Assembly: GCA_964016885.1 (NCBI GenBank) | Contig: OZ024750.1 | Location: forward strand, 32,860,001-32,924,000 | Direction: 5' to 3' | Length of the DNA: 64,000 nt | DNA from: Eledone cirrhosa | Taxonomy: Eukaryota | In this document: positions 24,186 to 39,400 of the stretch, piece after piece | Numbering within the stretch: the first letter of the stretch is position 1 | Layout: the number at the start of each line of letters is the position of its first letter | Translations under genes and position numbers: made by a program | Notes under the pieces: generated by a model | Databases searched by the model: none | What the model saw: only the letters and a program-made list of their open reading frames with translations | Told to the model about the DNA's origin: nothing

Positions 24186-24969
24186 GTAATATATATATAT
24201 ATATGTGTTAGTGTAGATATATATATCTGCAGATTGATTTTTTTTCAGTTTCAGAACATCCCATAAACTTGAATCTGTACATATAATAAATATTTGCTCT
24301 GTGGTTTTTTATATATATAATTTATCTATATATATACATGCACACACACACACATATATATATATACACATATATGTATATATAATCCTTCCTTATCAAG
24401 CCCTTGTCGATTTTGTCCTCACATTTATTATTACTCTCTCTCGCTCACTCTCTCTCTATATATATATAAATGTGAGTGTGTGTGTATATAGAGATGAGAA
24501 TTGTGAGCCTCAATCATAGAGAAATTGGCCTTCAAAATGATGATGATGGTGATGATGGTTATCTAGTGACTGGAGTTATATTTAGCCTAATTAGTTCATG
24601 TACACTAGCAGCATTGATATTTGTATATGTATTTCTATTGCAGATGCTACCTGTTTATGTATATTTTACTGTTAAATCTCTAATACTAGAAACATGAGCC
24701 AAGATATGCAGGAAAAATACCCCACAAAACCCAACATATACCAAGAACCGTATTTGTCATAATTACTGTGGCATTAATTATTGAACAAACAGAATCCGAA
24801 AACTGAAAGAAATAAGGAAATATCAGAAGCAATTTCTAAGAAAATGTCAAATTTTAGTTGGAGAAAAATGTCAGAGATTTTGGATTTTTGGTTTTTTTTT
24901 CCTGTTTAAAACAACTGATGGTTTCCTTTGTAAGGAATTCATTTGTGTTCTGACATATAAAAGATTTTA

Positions 24970-25700
24970 TCATCATTATTATCATTATTATCACCAGCAT
25001 CATTGTCATTATCATCATCATCATCATCATCATTACCACCACCATCATCATAATCATCATCATCATCATCATCTCCATTAGCATCAACAGTGCCTGTGGA
25101 AAGAAAAAAGAAAAAAAAAAAAGCAGCATCCATCGTCATCATCTTCATTGTCATCGTCATCATCATCGTCATCATCATCGTCATCATTGTCATCATCATC
25201 ACCCTTACCATTATCATCATCATCATCATCATCATTGTCACCATCATCATCATCATTGTCACCATCACCATCATCATCATCATTGTCACCATCACCGTTA
25301 TCATCATCATCATCATCATCATTATCACCACCATCATCATCACCATCATCTCCATTAGCATCAACAGTGCCTGCGGTAAGAAAAAAAAAAGAAAAAAGCA
25401 GCATCCATCATCATCATTGTTCACCATCACCGTTATCATCATCTTCATTGTCATCATCATCATCATCATCATCGTCATCATTGTCATCATCATCATCATC
25501 CTTACCATTATCATCATCATCATTGCCACCACCACCGTTATCATCATCATCATTGTCACCATCATCATCATCACCATCATCCTCCTTACCATTATCATCA
25601 TCATCGTCAACATTGTCACCATCACCATCATTATCATTATCAGCATTATCCATCATCTTAGTTGCCATCATCATCATCATTATCATCATAATTTCATAAT
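24970..25700. repeat. Compound (ATC)n tract with an internal ~280-bp duplication
   Basis: CTCCATTAGCATCAACAGTGCCTG..GCAGCATCC occurs at ~25073 and ~25350. Confidence 0.9.
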
Positions 25701-25887
25701 CGTTTCTACTTTTAGGCACAAGGCCAGCAATTACCCAGTGCATTACTGGTACTTTATTTTATCGACCCCGTAAGGATGAAAGGCAAAGTCAACCTCGGCG
25801 GGATTTGAACTCAGATCGGAAAGGGACGTAACTATGCTGGAAAGCATGGCGTTTGACCCTCCACCGATACTGCCAATCCATCGCCCT
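25701..25887 (-). mobile_element. SINE family B, full length, ~19-bp TSD
   Basis: ATCATCATAATTTCATAAT at 25682-25700 and 25889-25907. Confidence 0.92.
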
Positions 25888-26103
25888 CATCATCATAATT
25901 TCATAATGATGTTGATTACAATTGTGATGATGATGATAATGAACATCTAATTGTCCTTATCGTATTGAAAATCTACATGGTAATATTATCAATGACCATG
26001 AATTCCTTTCACTAGGCTCCATACATTTGGTTATAAAAACATTTAGTTGTGTCCTGTCCTACTTATATTTTACAATTATTCTGTCTATTAATGTCACAAA
26101 TAA

Positions 26104-26289
26104 TTGTTTCTACTATTGGCACAAGGCCAGAAATTACCCAGTACATTACTGGTACTTTATTTTATCGACCCCGTAAGGATGAAAGGCAAAGTCAACCTCG
26201 GCGGGATTTGAACTCAGATCGTAAAGGGACGTAACTATGCTGGAAAGCATGGCGTCCGACCCTCTACCGATACTGCCAATCCACCGACC
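26104..26289 (-). mobile_element. SINE family B, full length
   Basis: Near-identical to 25701-25887. Confidence 0.9.
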
Positions 26290-26344
26290 AAAATTAGTAT
26301 TACTGGGATAAGAATAGATAACATAAAAAGTATGGTTATATGTA

Positions 26345-26725
26345 TACAAAGTAAATACAAAGTAGGCAGCACCTCTAACAAAATACACCCCCGTCCCACC
26401 ACCCCCACCCCATCCACACCACCCCTTTCAATGTAAAGTTATGTTGGACCCACAACATCCAGGCCGAAACAAATGAGGTCGTGTAGGTGTCACGACAAAA
26501 AAAACACACAGTCCACGCTGTAATGTGGCCGTGTAGGTAACACGGTAAAAACCTCCCAGCCCCACACTGTAAATGTGGTTGGTGTTAGGAAGGGCATCCA
26601 GCTGTAGAAAACCCGCCAGACAGTCCTATGCGAGCAAGACAACCACTCTTGCCTCAAGTGGGAAAACTCCCGTCCAAACCCATGCACGCGTGGAATATGG
26701 ACGTTAAACGATGATGATGATGATG
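26345..26725 (+). mobile_element. SINE-like family C
   Basis: Reverse complement of 23795-24185. Confidence 0.8.
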
Positions 26726-26902
26726 TATGTATGTATGATCCTGTTACTCCTAATAGTTGAAGGGGTACCATATTGACATACAGCATTTCTTAGATATTTT
26801 AAGCATGGCAGAGCCCAACCTTCTCCAGGCCTGAGTACAGCAGATTTCTTTCATAGACAGATACAAAGGGAGGGAGAGGAAATGAGAAAGATATAGAGGA
26901 AG

Positions 26903-27065
26903 AATCGACCCCCAGTACTAGACTGGTACTTTTATTTTTTATTGAACTTGAAAGGATGAAAGGCAAAGTTGACCTCAGCGGGATTTGAATTTTGAGAGCA
27001 GAGAGCCAGAATGAATGCCATAAGGCATTCAATCTGATGTTTTTATAACTCTGCCAATTCACCAC
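26903..27065 (-). mobile_element. Older SINE related to family B
   Basis: GAAAGGATGAAAGGCAAAGTTGACCTCAGCGGGATTTGAA core. Confidence 0.7.
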
Positions 27066-27442
27066 ATACAGGCGGTTATATATAACAGATTAATTCATCC
27101 CTTATACTTTTACCAGCCCACACCAGTACCTGCAGTGTCAACTACCCTTGGCCCTTCTTCTTCAGAACATTATCCCTCTGGAATTGTCCGCCTCATACTT
27201 TATATGGAAGAAATATGAAAGATTTGTTGTTTCAGACAGTGTCAAACACTAGGGTCATCAACTATGTTTGTGTGTAGGTGCGGTAAATAAATATATATAT
27301 ATATATATATATGCAAAGTTTTATTTAAATTGTTGGGTTACAACGAGTAAATATTTATAACTGATATAAAAGCACTCAACAAGTATTTGGAGTATATTTA
27401 CGATAATTAAATAAATGGAAACTATATTTATAAAACCATATT

Positions 27443-27508
27443 TATTTCATTATATATATTTCAGGGATATCATATTAAAAATATGGTATGCCTTCATCAG
27501 ACAAAATA
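27443..27508 (-). ncRNA. Type I hammerhead ribozyme motif in an inverted-repeat element (27312-27630)
   Basis: UAUUUUGU CUGAUGA AGGCAUACCAUAUU-UUU-AAUAUGAUAUCCCU GAAA UAUAUA UA^AUGAAAUA; 27396-27446 pairs with 27579-27626; flanked by (TA)n. Confidence 0.82.
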
Positions 27509-27623
27509 CAATATAAACAGTCTTATAAATAGATAGATTTGACATACCTTACAATTTCAACTTCCATTTAAAAAGTTGAATAAATATGGTTTTATAAATA
27601 TAGTTTCCATTTATTTAATTATC

Positions 27624-27678
<55 letters not shown>

Positions 27679-27740
27679 ACAGGTCCGAACACAAAGGAAC
27701 CAAACGCCAACAGTCACTGCCTCCTTCTTTCCCTTTCCCT

Positions 27741-30700
27741 GATGATGGGAATGATAGAGATGATGATGATGATGGTTGTAATGTAGATGGGTGTGATGAT
27801 GATGATGATGATGATGATGGTTGTAATGTAGATGGTTGTGATGATGGGAATGATAGTGATGATGATGATGATGGTTGTAATGTTGATGGTTGTGATGATG
27901 GGAATGATAGAGATGATGGTGATGATGATGATGATGGTTGTAATGTTGATGGTTGTGATGATGGGAATGATAGAGATGATGATGATGATGATGATGGTTG
28001 TAATGTTGATGGTTGTGATGATGGGAATGATAGAGATGGTGATGATGATGATGATGGTTGTAATGTTGATGGTTGTGATGATGGGAATGATAGAGATGAT
28101 GATGATGATGATGATGGTTGTAATGTAGATGGTTGTGATGATGGGAATGATAGAGATGGTGGTGATGATGATGATGATGGTTGTAATGTTGATGGTTGTG
28201 ATGATGGGAATGATAGAGATGATGGTGATGATGATGATGATGATGGTTGTAATGTTGATGGTTGTGATGATGGGAATGATAGAGATGGTGATGATGATGA
28301 TGATGATGGTTGCAATGTTGATGGTTGTGATGATGGGAATGATAGAGATGGTGATGATGATGATGATGATGATGATGGTTGTAATGTAGATGGTTGGGAT
28401 GATGATGATGATGATGATGGTTGTAATGTTGATGGTTGTGATGATGGGAATGATAGAGATGATGATGATGATGATGATGGTTGTAATGTAGATGGTTGTG
28501 ATGATGGGAATGATAGAGATGGTGGTGATGATGATGATGATGGTTGTAATGTTGATGGTTGTGATGATGGGAATGATAGAGATGATGGTGATGATGATGA
28601 TGATGGTTGTAATGTTGATGGTTGTGATGATGGGAATGATAGAGATGATGATGATGATGATGATGGTGATGGTTGTAATGTTGATTGTTGTGATGATGGG
28701 AATGATAGAGATGGTGATGATGATGATGATGGTTGTAATGTTGATTGTTGTGATGATGGGAATGATAGAGATGGTGATGATGATGATGATGGTTGTAATG
28801 TTGATTGTTGTGATGATGGGAATGATAGAGAGGGTGATGATGATGATGATGGTTGTAATGTTGATTGTTGTGATGATGGGAATGATAGAGATGATGGTGA
28901 TGATGATGATGATGATGGTTGTAATGTTGATGGTTGTGATGATGGGAATGATAGAGATGGTGATGATGATGATGATGATGATGGTTGTAATGTTGATTGT
29001 TGTGATGATGGGAATGATAGAGATGATGGTGATGATGATGATGATGATGGTTGTAATGTTGATTGTTGTGATGATGGGAATGATAGAGATGGTGATGATG
29101 ATGATGATGATGATGGTTGTAATGTTGATTGTTGTGATGATGGGAATGATAGAGATGATGGTGATGATGATGATGATGATGGTTGTAATGTTGATGGTTG
29201 TGATGATGGGAATGATAGAGATGATGATGATGATGATGATGATGGTTGTAATGTTGATGGTTGTGATGATGGGAATGATAGAGATGATGATGATGGTGAT
29301 GATGATGATGATGGTTGTAATGTAGATGGTTGTGATGATGGGAATGATAGAGATGGTGATGATGATGATGATGATGGTTGTAATGTTGATTGTTGTGATG
29401 ATGGGAATGATAGAGATGATGGTGATGATGATGATGATGATGGTTGTAATGTTGATGGTTGTGATGATGGGAATGATAGAGATGGTGATGATGATGATGA
29501 TGGTTGTAATGTTGATTGTTGTGATGATGGGAATGATAGAGATGATGGTGATGATGATGATGATGATGGTTGTAATGTTGATGGTTGTGATGATGGGAAT
29601 GATAGAGATGATGATGATGATGATGATGATGGTTGTAATGTTGATGGTTGTGATGATGGGAATGATAGAGATGATGATGATGGTGATGATGATGATGATG
29701 GTTGTAATGTAGATGGTTGTGATGATGGGAATGATAGAGATGGTGATGATGATGATGATGATGGTTGTAATGTTGATTGTTGTGATGATGGGAATGATAG
29801 AGATGATGGTGATGATGATGATGATGATGGTTGTAATGTTGATGGTTGTGATGATGGGATGATAGAGATGGTGATGATGATGATGATGGTTGTAATGTTG
29901 ATTGTTGTGATGATGGGAATGATAGAGATGATGGTGATGATGATGATGATGATGGTTGTAATGTTGATGGTTGTGATGATGGGAATGATAGAGATGATGA
30001 TGATGATGATGATGATGGTTGTAATGTTGATGGTTGTGTGATGGGAATGATAGAGATGATGATGATGGTGATGATGATGATGATGGTTGTAATGTAGATG
30101 GTTGTGATGATGGGAATGATAGAGATGATGATGATGGTGATGATGATGATGATGGTTGTAATGTTGATGGTTGTGATGATGGGAATGATAGAGATGATGG
30201 TGATGATGATGATGATGATGGTTGTAATGTTGATGGTTGTGATGATGGGAATGATAGAGATGGTGATGATGATGATGATGGTTGTAATGTTGATTGTTGT
30301 GATGATGGGAATGATAGAGATGATGGTGATGATGATGATGATGATGGTTGTAATGTTGATGGTTGTGATGATGGGAATGATAGAGATGATGATGATGGTG
30401 ATGATGATGATGATGGTTGTAATGTAGATGGTTGTGATGATGGGAATGATAGAGATGATGATGATGGTGATGATGATGATGATGGTTGTAATGTTGATGG
30501 TTGTGATGATGGGAATGATAGAGATGATGATGATGGTGATGATGATGATGATGGTTGTAATGTTGATGGTTGTGATGATGGGAATGATAGAGATGATGGT
30601 GATGGTGATGATGATGATGATGGTTGTAATGTAGATGGTTGTGATGATGGGAATGATAGAGATGATGATGATGGTGATGATGATGATGATGGTTGTAATG

Positions 30701-32778
30701 TTGATGGTTGTGATGATGGGAATGATAGAGATGATGATGATGGTGATGATGATGATGATGGTTGTAATGTTGATGGTTGTGATGATGGGAATGATAGAGA
30801 TGATGGTGATGGTGATGATGATGATGATTGTTGTAATGTAGATGGTTGTGATGATGGGAATGATAGAGATGGTGATGATGATGATGATGGTGATGATGAT
30901 GGTTGTAATGTTGATGGTTATGATGATGGGAATGATAGAGATGGTGATGATGATGATGATGGTGATGATGATGGTTGTAATGTTGATGGTTATGATGATG
31001 GGAATGATAGAGATGGTGATGATGATGATGATGGTGATGATGATGGTTGTAATGTTGATGGTTATGATGATGGGAATGATAGAGATGGTGATGATGATGA
31101 TGATGGTGATGATGATGGTTGTAATGTTGATGGTTGTGATGATGGGAATGATAGAGATGGTGATGATGATGATGATGGTGATGATGATGGTTGTAATGTT
31201 GATGGTTGTGATGATGGGAATGATAGAGATGGTGATGATGATGATGATGGTTGGATGATGATTGTTGTATGTTGATGGTTGTGATGATGGGGATGATAGA
31301 GATGGTGATGATGATGATGATGATGGTTGTAATGTTGATGGTTGTGATGATGGGAATGATAGAGATGGTGATGATGATGATGATGGTGATGATGATGGTT
31401 GTAATGTTGATGGTTGTGATGATGGGAATGATAGAGATGGTGTGATGATGATGATGGTGATGATGATTGTTGTAATGTAGATGGTTGTGATGATGGGGAT
31501 GATAGAGATGGTGATGATGATGATGATGATGGTTGTAATGTTGATGGTTGTGATGATGGAATGATAGAGATGATGTGATGATGATGATGATGATGGTTGT
31601 AATGTTGATGGTTGTGATGATGGGAATGATAGAGATGGTGATGATGATGATGATGATGATGGTTGTAATGTTGATGGTTGTGATGATGGGAATGATAGAG
31701 ATGGTGATGATGATGATGATGATGATGATGGTTGTAATGTTGATGGTTGTGATGATGGGAATGATAGAGATGGTGATGATGATGATGATGATGGTTGTAA
31801 TGTTGATGGTTGTGATGAAGGGAATGATAGAGATGGTGATGGTGATGATGATGATGGTTGTAATGTTGATGGTTGTGATGATGGGAATGATAGAGATGGT
31901 GATGGTGATGATGATGATGATGATGGTTGTAATGTTGATGGTTGTGATGATGGGAATGATAGAGATGGTGATGATGATGATGATGATGGTTGTAATGTTG
32001 ATGGTTGTGATGAAGGGAATGATAGAGATGGTGATGGTGATGATGATGATGGTTGTAATGTTGATGGTTGTGATGAAGGGAATGATAGAGATGGTGATGG
32101 TGATGATGATGAAGGTTGTAATGTTGATGGTTGTGATGATGGGAATGATAGAGATGATTATGATGATGATGATGATGGTTGTAATGTTGATGGTTGTGAT
32201 GAAGGGAATGATAGAGATGGTGATGATGATGATGATGGTTGTAATGTTGATGGCTGTGATGATGGGAATGATAGAGATGGTGATGGTGATGATGATGATG
32301 GTTGTAATGTTGATGGTTGTGATGATGGGAATGATAGAGATGGTGATGATGATGATGATGATGGTTGTAATGTTGATGGTTGTGATGATGGGAATGATAG
32401 AGATGATGATGATGATGATGATGATGGTTGTAATGTTGATGGTTGTGATGATGGGAATGATAGAGATGATGATGATGATGATGATGGTTGTAATGTTGAT
32501 GGTTGTGATGATGGGAATGATAGAGATGGTGATGATGATGATGATGATGGTTGTAATGTTGATGGTTGTGATGATGGGAATGATAGAGATGATGATGATG
32601 ATGATGATGGTTGTAATGTTGATGGTTGTGATGATGGGAATGATAGAGATGGTGATGATGATGATGATGATGGTTGTAATGTTGATGGTTGTGATGATGG
32701 GAATGATAGAGTTGTGATGATGATGATGATGATGATGATGGTTGTAATGTTGATGGTTGTGATGATGGGAATGATAGA

Positions 32779-32809
<31 letters not shown>

Positions 32810-32919
32810 GTTGTAATGTTGATGGTTGTGATGATGGGAATGATAGAGATGGTGATGATGATGATGATGATGATGATGATGGTTGTAATGTTGATGGTTG
32901 TGATGATGGGAATGATAGA

Positions 32920-32953
<34 letters not shown>

Positions 32954-33063
32954 GTTGTAATGTTGATGGTTGTGATGATGGGAATGATAGAGATGGTGAT
33001 GATGATGATGATGATGATGATGATGGTTGTAATGTTGATGGTTGTGATGATGGGAATGATAGA

Positions 33064-33094
<31 letters not shown>

Positions 33095-33195
33095 GTTGTA
33101 ATGTTGATGGTTGTGATGATGGGAATGATAGAGATGATGATGATGATGATGATGATGGTTGTAATGTTGATGGTTGTGATGATGGGAATGATAGA

Positions 33196-33226
<31 letters not shown>

Positions 33227-33385
33227 GTTGTAATGTTGATGGTTGTGATGATGGGAATGATAGAGATGGTGATGATGATGATGATGATGGTTGTAATGTT
33301 GATGGTTGTGATGATGGGAATGATAGAGATGATGATGATGATGATGATGGTTGTAATGTTGATGGTTGTGATGATGGGAATGATA

Positions 33386-33416
<31 letters not shown>

Positions 33417-36400
33417 GTTGTAATGTTGATGGTTGTGATGATGGGAATGATAGAGATGGTGATGATGATGATGATGATGATGGTTGTAATGTTGATGGTT
33501 CTGATGATGGGAATGATAGAGATGGTGATGATGATGATGATGATGGTTGTAATGTTGATGGTTGTGATGATGGGAATGATAGAGATGATGATGATGATGA
33601 TGATGGTTGTAATGTTGATGGTTGTGATGATGGGAATGATAGAGATGATGATGATGATGATGATGATGGTTGTAATGTAGATGGTTGTGATGATGGGAAT
33701 GATAGAGATGGTGATGATGATGATGATGATGATGATGGTTGTAATGTAGATGGTTGTGATGATGGGAATGATAGAGATGATGATGATGATGATGATGATG
33801 GTTGTAATGTAGATGGTTGTGATGATGGGAATGATAGAGATGATGATGATGATGATGATGATGGTTGTAATGTTGATGGTTGTGATGATGGGAATGATAG
33901 AGATGATGATGATGATGATGATGATGGTTGTAATGTAGATGGTTGTGATGATGGGAATGATAGAGATGATGATGGTGATGATGATGATGGTTGTAATGTT
34001 GATGGTTCTGATGATGGGAATGATAGAGATGGTGATGATGATGATGATGATGATGATGGTTGTAATGTAGATGGTTGTGATGATGGAAATGATAGAGATG
34101 ATGATGATGATGATGATGGTTGTAATGTTGATGGTTGTGATGATGGGAATGATAGAGATGGTGATGATGATGATGATGATGATGATGGTTGTAATGTAGA
34201 TGGTTGTGATGATGGAAATGATAGAGATGATGATGATGATGATGATGGTTGTAATGTTGATGGTTGTGATGATGGGAATGATAGAGATGGTGATGATGAT
34301 GATGATGATGATGATGGTTGTAATGTAGATGGTTGTGATGATGGAAATGATAGAGATGATGATGATGATGATGATGGTTGTAAAGTTGATGGTTGTGATG
34401 ATGGGAATGATAGAGATGGTGATGATGATGATGATGATGATGGTTGTAATGTTGATGGTTGTGATGATGGGAATGATAGAGATGATGATGATGATGATGA
34501 TGATGATGGTTGTAATGTTGATGGTTCTGATGATGGGAATGATAGAGATGGTGATGATGATGATGATGGTTGTAATGTTGATGGTTGTGATGATGGGAAT
34601 GATAGAGATGGTGATGATGATGATGATGATGATGGTTGTAATGTTGATGGTTCTGATGATGGGAATGATAGAGATGGTGATGATGATGATGATGGTTGTA
34701 ATGTTGATGGTTGTGATGATGGGAATGATAGAGATGATGGTGATGATGATGATGATGGTTGTAATGTTGATGGTTGTGATGATGGGAATGATAGAGATGA
34801 TGATGGTGATGATGATGATGATGGTTGTGATGATGGGAATTATAGAGATGGTGATGATGATGATGATGGTTGTGATGATGGGAATGATAGAGATGATGAT
34901 GGTGATGATGATGATGGTTGTAATGTTGATGGTTGTGATGATGGGAATGATAGAGATGATGATGGTGATGATGATGATGATGGTTGTGATGATGGGAATT
35001 ATAGAGATGGTGATGATGATGATGATGGTTGTGATGATGGGAATGATAGAGATGATGATGGTGATGATGATGATGGTTGTAATGTTGATGGTTGTGATGA
35101 TGGGAATGATAGAGATGGTGATGATGATGATGATGATGATGATGGTTGTAATGTTGATGGTTGTGATGATGGGAATGATAGAGATGGTGATGATGATGAT
35201 GATGGTTGTAATGTTGATGGTTGTGATGATGGGAATGATAGAGATGATGGTGATGATGATGATGATGGTTGTAATGTTGATGGTTGTGATGATGGGAATG
35301 ATAGAGATGATGGTGATGATGATGATGGTTGTAATGTTGATTGTTGTGATGATGGGAATGATAGAGATGGTGATGATGATGATGATGGTGATGGTTGTAA
35401 TGTTGATGGTTCTGATGATGGGAATGATAGAGATGATGGTGATGATGATGATGATGGTTGTAATGTTGATGGTTGTGATGATGGGAATGATAGAGATGAT
35501 GGTGATGATGATGATGATGGTTGTAATGTTGATGGTTGTGATGATGGGAATGATAGAGATGATGGTGATGATGATGATGATGGTTGTAATGTTGATGATT
35601 GTGATGATGGGAATGATAGAGATGATGGTGATGATGATGATGATGGTTGTAATGTTGATGGTTGTGATGATGATGATGATGATGATGGTTGTAATGTTGA
35701 TGGTTGTGATGATGATGATGATGATGATGGTTGTAATGTTGATGGGTGTGATGATGGGAATGATAGAGATGGTGATGATGATGATGATGATGATGGTTGT
35801 AATGTTGATGGTTGTGATGATGGGAATGATAGAGATGGTGATGATGATGATGATGGTGATGGTTGTAATGTTGATGGTTGTGATGATGGGAATGATAGAG
35901 ATGATGGTGATGATGATGATGATGGTTGTAATGTTGATGGTTGTGATGATGGGAATGATAGAGATGGTGGTGATGATGATGATGATGATGATGATGATGG
36001 TTGTAATGTAGATGGTTGTGATGATGGGAATGATAGAGATGGTGATGGTGATGATGATGGTTGTAATATTGATGGTTGTGATGATGATGATGATGATGAT
36101 GATGGTTGTAATGTTGATGGTTGTGATGATGGGAATGATAGAGATGGTGATGGTGATGATGATGGTTGTAATGTTGATGGTTGTGATGATGATGATGATG
36201 ATGATGATGGTTGTAATGTTGATGGTTGTGATGATGGGAATGATAGAGATGGTGATGGTGATGATGATGGTTGTAATGTTGATGGTTGTGATGATGGGAA
36301 TGATAGAGATGATGGTGATGATGATGATGATGGTTGTAATGTTGATGGTTGTGATGATGGGAATGATAGAGATGATGGTGATGATGATGATGATGATGGT

Positions 36401-39400
36401 TGTAATGTTGATGGTTGTGATGATGGGAATGATAGAGATGATGGTGATGATGATGATGATGGTTGTAATGTTGATGGTTGTGATGATGGGAATGATAGAG
36501 ATGATGGTGATGATGATGATGATGGTTGTAATGTTGATGGTTGTGATGATGGGAATGATAGAGATGGTGATGATGATGATGGTGATGATGGTTGTAATGT
36601 TGATGGTTGTGATGATGGGAATGATAGAGATGATGGTGATGATGATGATGATGGTTGTAATGTTGATGGTTGTGATGATGGGAATGATAGAGATGGTGAT
36701 GGTGATGATGATGATGATGATGATGGTTGTAATGTTGATGGTTGTGATGATGGGAATGATAGAGATGATGGTGATGATGATGATGATGATGGTTGTAATG
36801 TTGATGGTTGTGATGATGGGAATGATAGAGATGATGGTGATGATGATGATGATGGTTGTAATGTTGATGGTTGTGATGATGGGAATGATAGAGATGGTGA
36901 TGATGATGATGGTGATGATGGTTGTAATGTTGATGGTTGTGATGATGGGAATGATAGAGATGATGGTGATGATGATGATGATGGTTGTAATGTTGATGGT
37001 TGTGATGATGGGAATGATAGAGATGGTGATGGTGATGATGATGATGATGATGATGGTTGTAATGTTGATGGTTGTGATGATGGGAATGATAGAGATGATG
37101 GTGATGATGATGATGATGATGGTTGTAATGTTGATGGTTGTGATGATGGGAATGATAGAGATGATGGTGATGATGATGATGATGGTTGTAATGTTGATGG
37201 TTGTGATGATGGGAATGATAGAGATGATGGTGATGGTGATGATGATGGTTGTAATGTTGATGGTTGTGATGATGGGAATGATAGAGATGATGGTGATGAT
37301 GATGATGATGGTTGTAATGTTGATGGTTGTGATGATGGGAATGATAGAGATGGTGTTGGTGATGATGATGATGATGATGATTGTAATGTTGATGGTTGTG
37401 ATGATGGGAATGATAGAGATGGTGATGATGATGATGATGGTTGTAATGTTGATGGTTGTGATGATGGGAATGATAGAGATGGTGATGATGATGATGATGA
37501 TGATGGTTGTAATGTTGATGGTTGTGATGATGGGAATGATAGAGATGGTGATGATGATGATGATGATGATGATGGTTGTAATGTTGATGGTTGTGATGAT
37601 GATGATGTTTGTAATGTTGATGGTTGTGATGATGGGAATGATAGAGATGGTGATGATGATGATGATGGTTGTAATGTTGATGGTTGTGATGATGGGAATG
37701 ATAGAGATGATGATGGTGATGATGATGATGATGATAGTTGTAATGTTTATTGTTGTGATGATGGGAATGATAGAGATGGTGATGATGATGATGATGATGA
37801 TGGTTGTAATGTTGATGGTTGTGATGATGGGAATGATAGAGATGGTGATGATGATGATGATGATGATGGTTGTAATGTTGATGGTTCTGATGATGGGAAT
37901 GATAGAGATGATGATGGTGATGATGATGATGGTTGTAATGTTGATGGTTGTGATGATGGGAATGATAGAGATGATGATGGTGATGATGATGATGATGGTT
38001 GTAATGTTGATGGTTGTGATGATGGGAATGATAGAGATGGTGATGATGATGATGATGGTTGTAATGTTGATGGTTGTGATGATGGGAATGATAGAGATGG
38101 TGATGATGATGATGATGATGATGATGATGGTTGTAATGTTGATGGTTGTGATGATGGGAATGATAGAGATGGTGATGATGATGATGATGGTTGTAATGTT
38201 GATGGTTGTGATGATGGGAATGATAGAGATGATGGTGATGATGATGATGGTTGTAATGTTGATTGTTGTGATGATGGGAATGATAGAGATGGTGATGATG
38301 ATGATGATGGTGATGGTTGTAATGTTGATGGTTCTGATGATGGGAATGATAGAGATGATGGTGATGATGATGATGATGGTTGTAATGTTGATGGTTGTGA
38401 TGATGGGAATGATAGAGATGATGGTGATGATGATGATGATGGTTGTAATGTTGATGATTGTGATGATGGGAATGATAGAGATGATGGTGATGATGATGAT
38501 GATGGTTGTAATGTTGATGGTTGTGATGATGATGATGATGATGATGGTTGTAATGTTGATGGGTGTGATGATGGGAATGATAGAGATGGTGATGATGATG
38601 ATGATGATGATGGTTGTAATGTTGATGGTTGTGATGATGGGAATGATAGAGATGGTGATGATGATGATGATGGTTGTAATGTTGATGGTTGTGATGATGG
38701 GAATGATAGAGATGATGGTGATGATGATGATGATGGTTGTAATGTTGATGGTTGTGATGATGATGATGATGATGATGGTTGTAATGTTGATGGGTGTGAT
38801 GATGGGAATGATAGAGATGGTGATGATGATGATGATGATGATGGTTGTAATGTTGATGGTTGTGATGATGGGAATGATAGAGATGGTGATGATGATGATG
38901 ATGGTGATGGTTGTAATGTTGATGGTTGTGATGATGGGAATGATAGAGATGATGGTGATGATGATGATGATGGTTGTAATGTTGATGGTTGTGATGATGG
39001 GAATGATAGAGATGATGATGATGATGATGATGATGGTTGTAATGTTGATGGTTGTGATGATGGGAATGATAGAGATGATGATGATGATGATGATGATGGT
39101 TGTAATGTTGATGGTTGTGATGATGGGAATGATAGAGATGGTGATGATGATGATGGTGATGATGGTTGTAATGTTGATGGTTGTGATGATGGGAATGATA
39201 GAGATGGTGATGATGATGATGATGATGGTTGTAATGTAGATGGTTGTGATGATGATGATGATGATGATGATGGTTGTAATGTTGATGGTTGTGATGATGG
39301 GAATGATAGAGATGGTGATGGTGATGATGATGGTTGTAATGTTGATGGTTGTGATGATGATGATGATGATGATGATGGTTGTAATGTTGATGGTTGTGAT

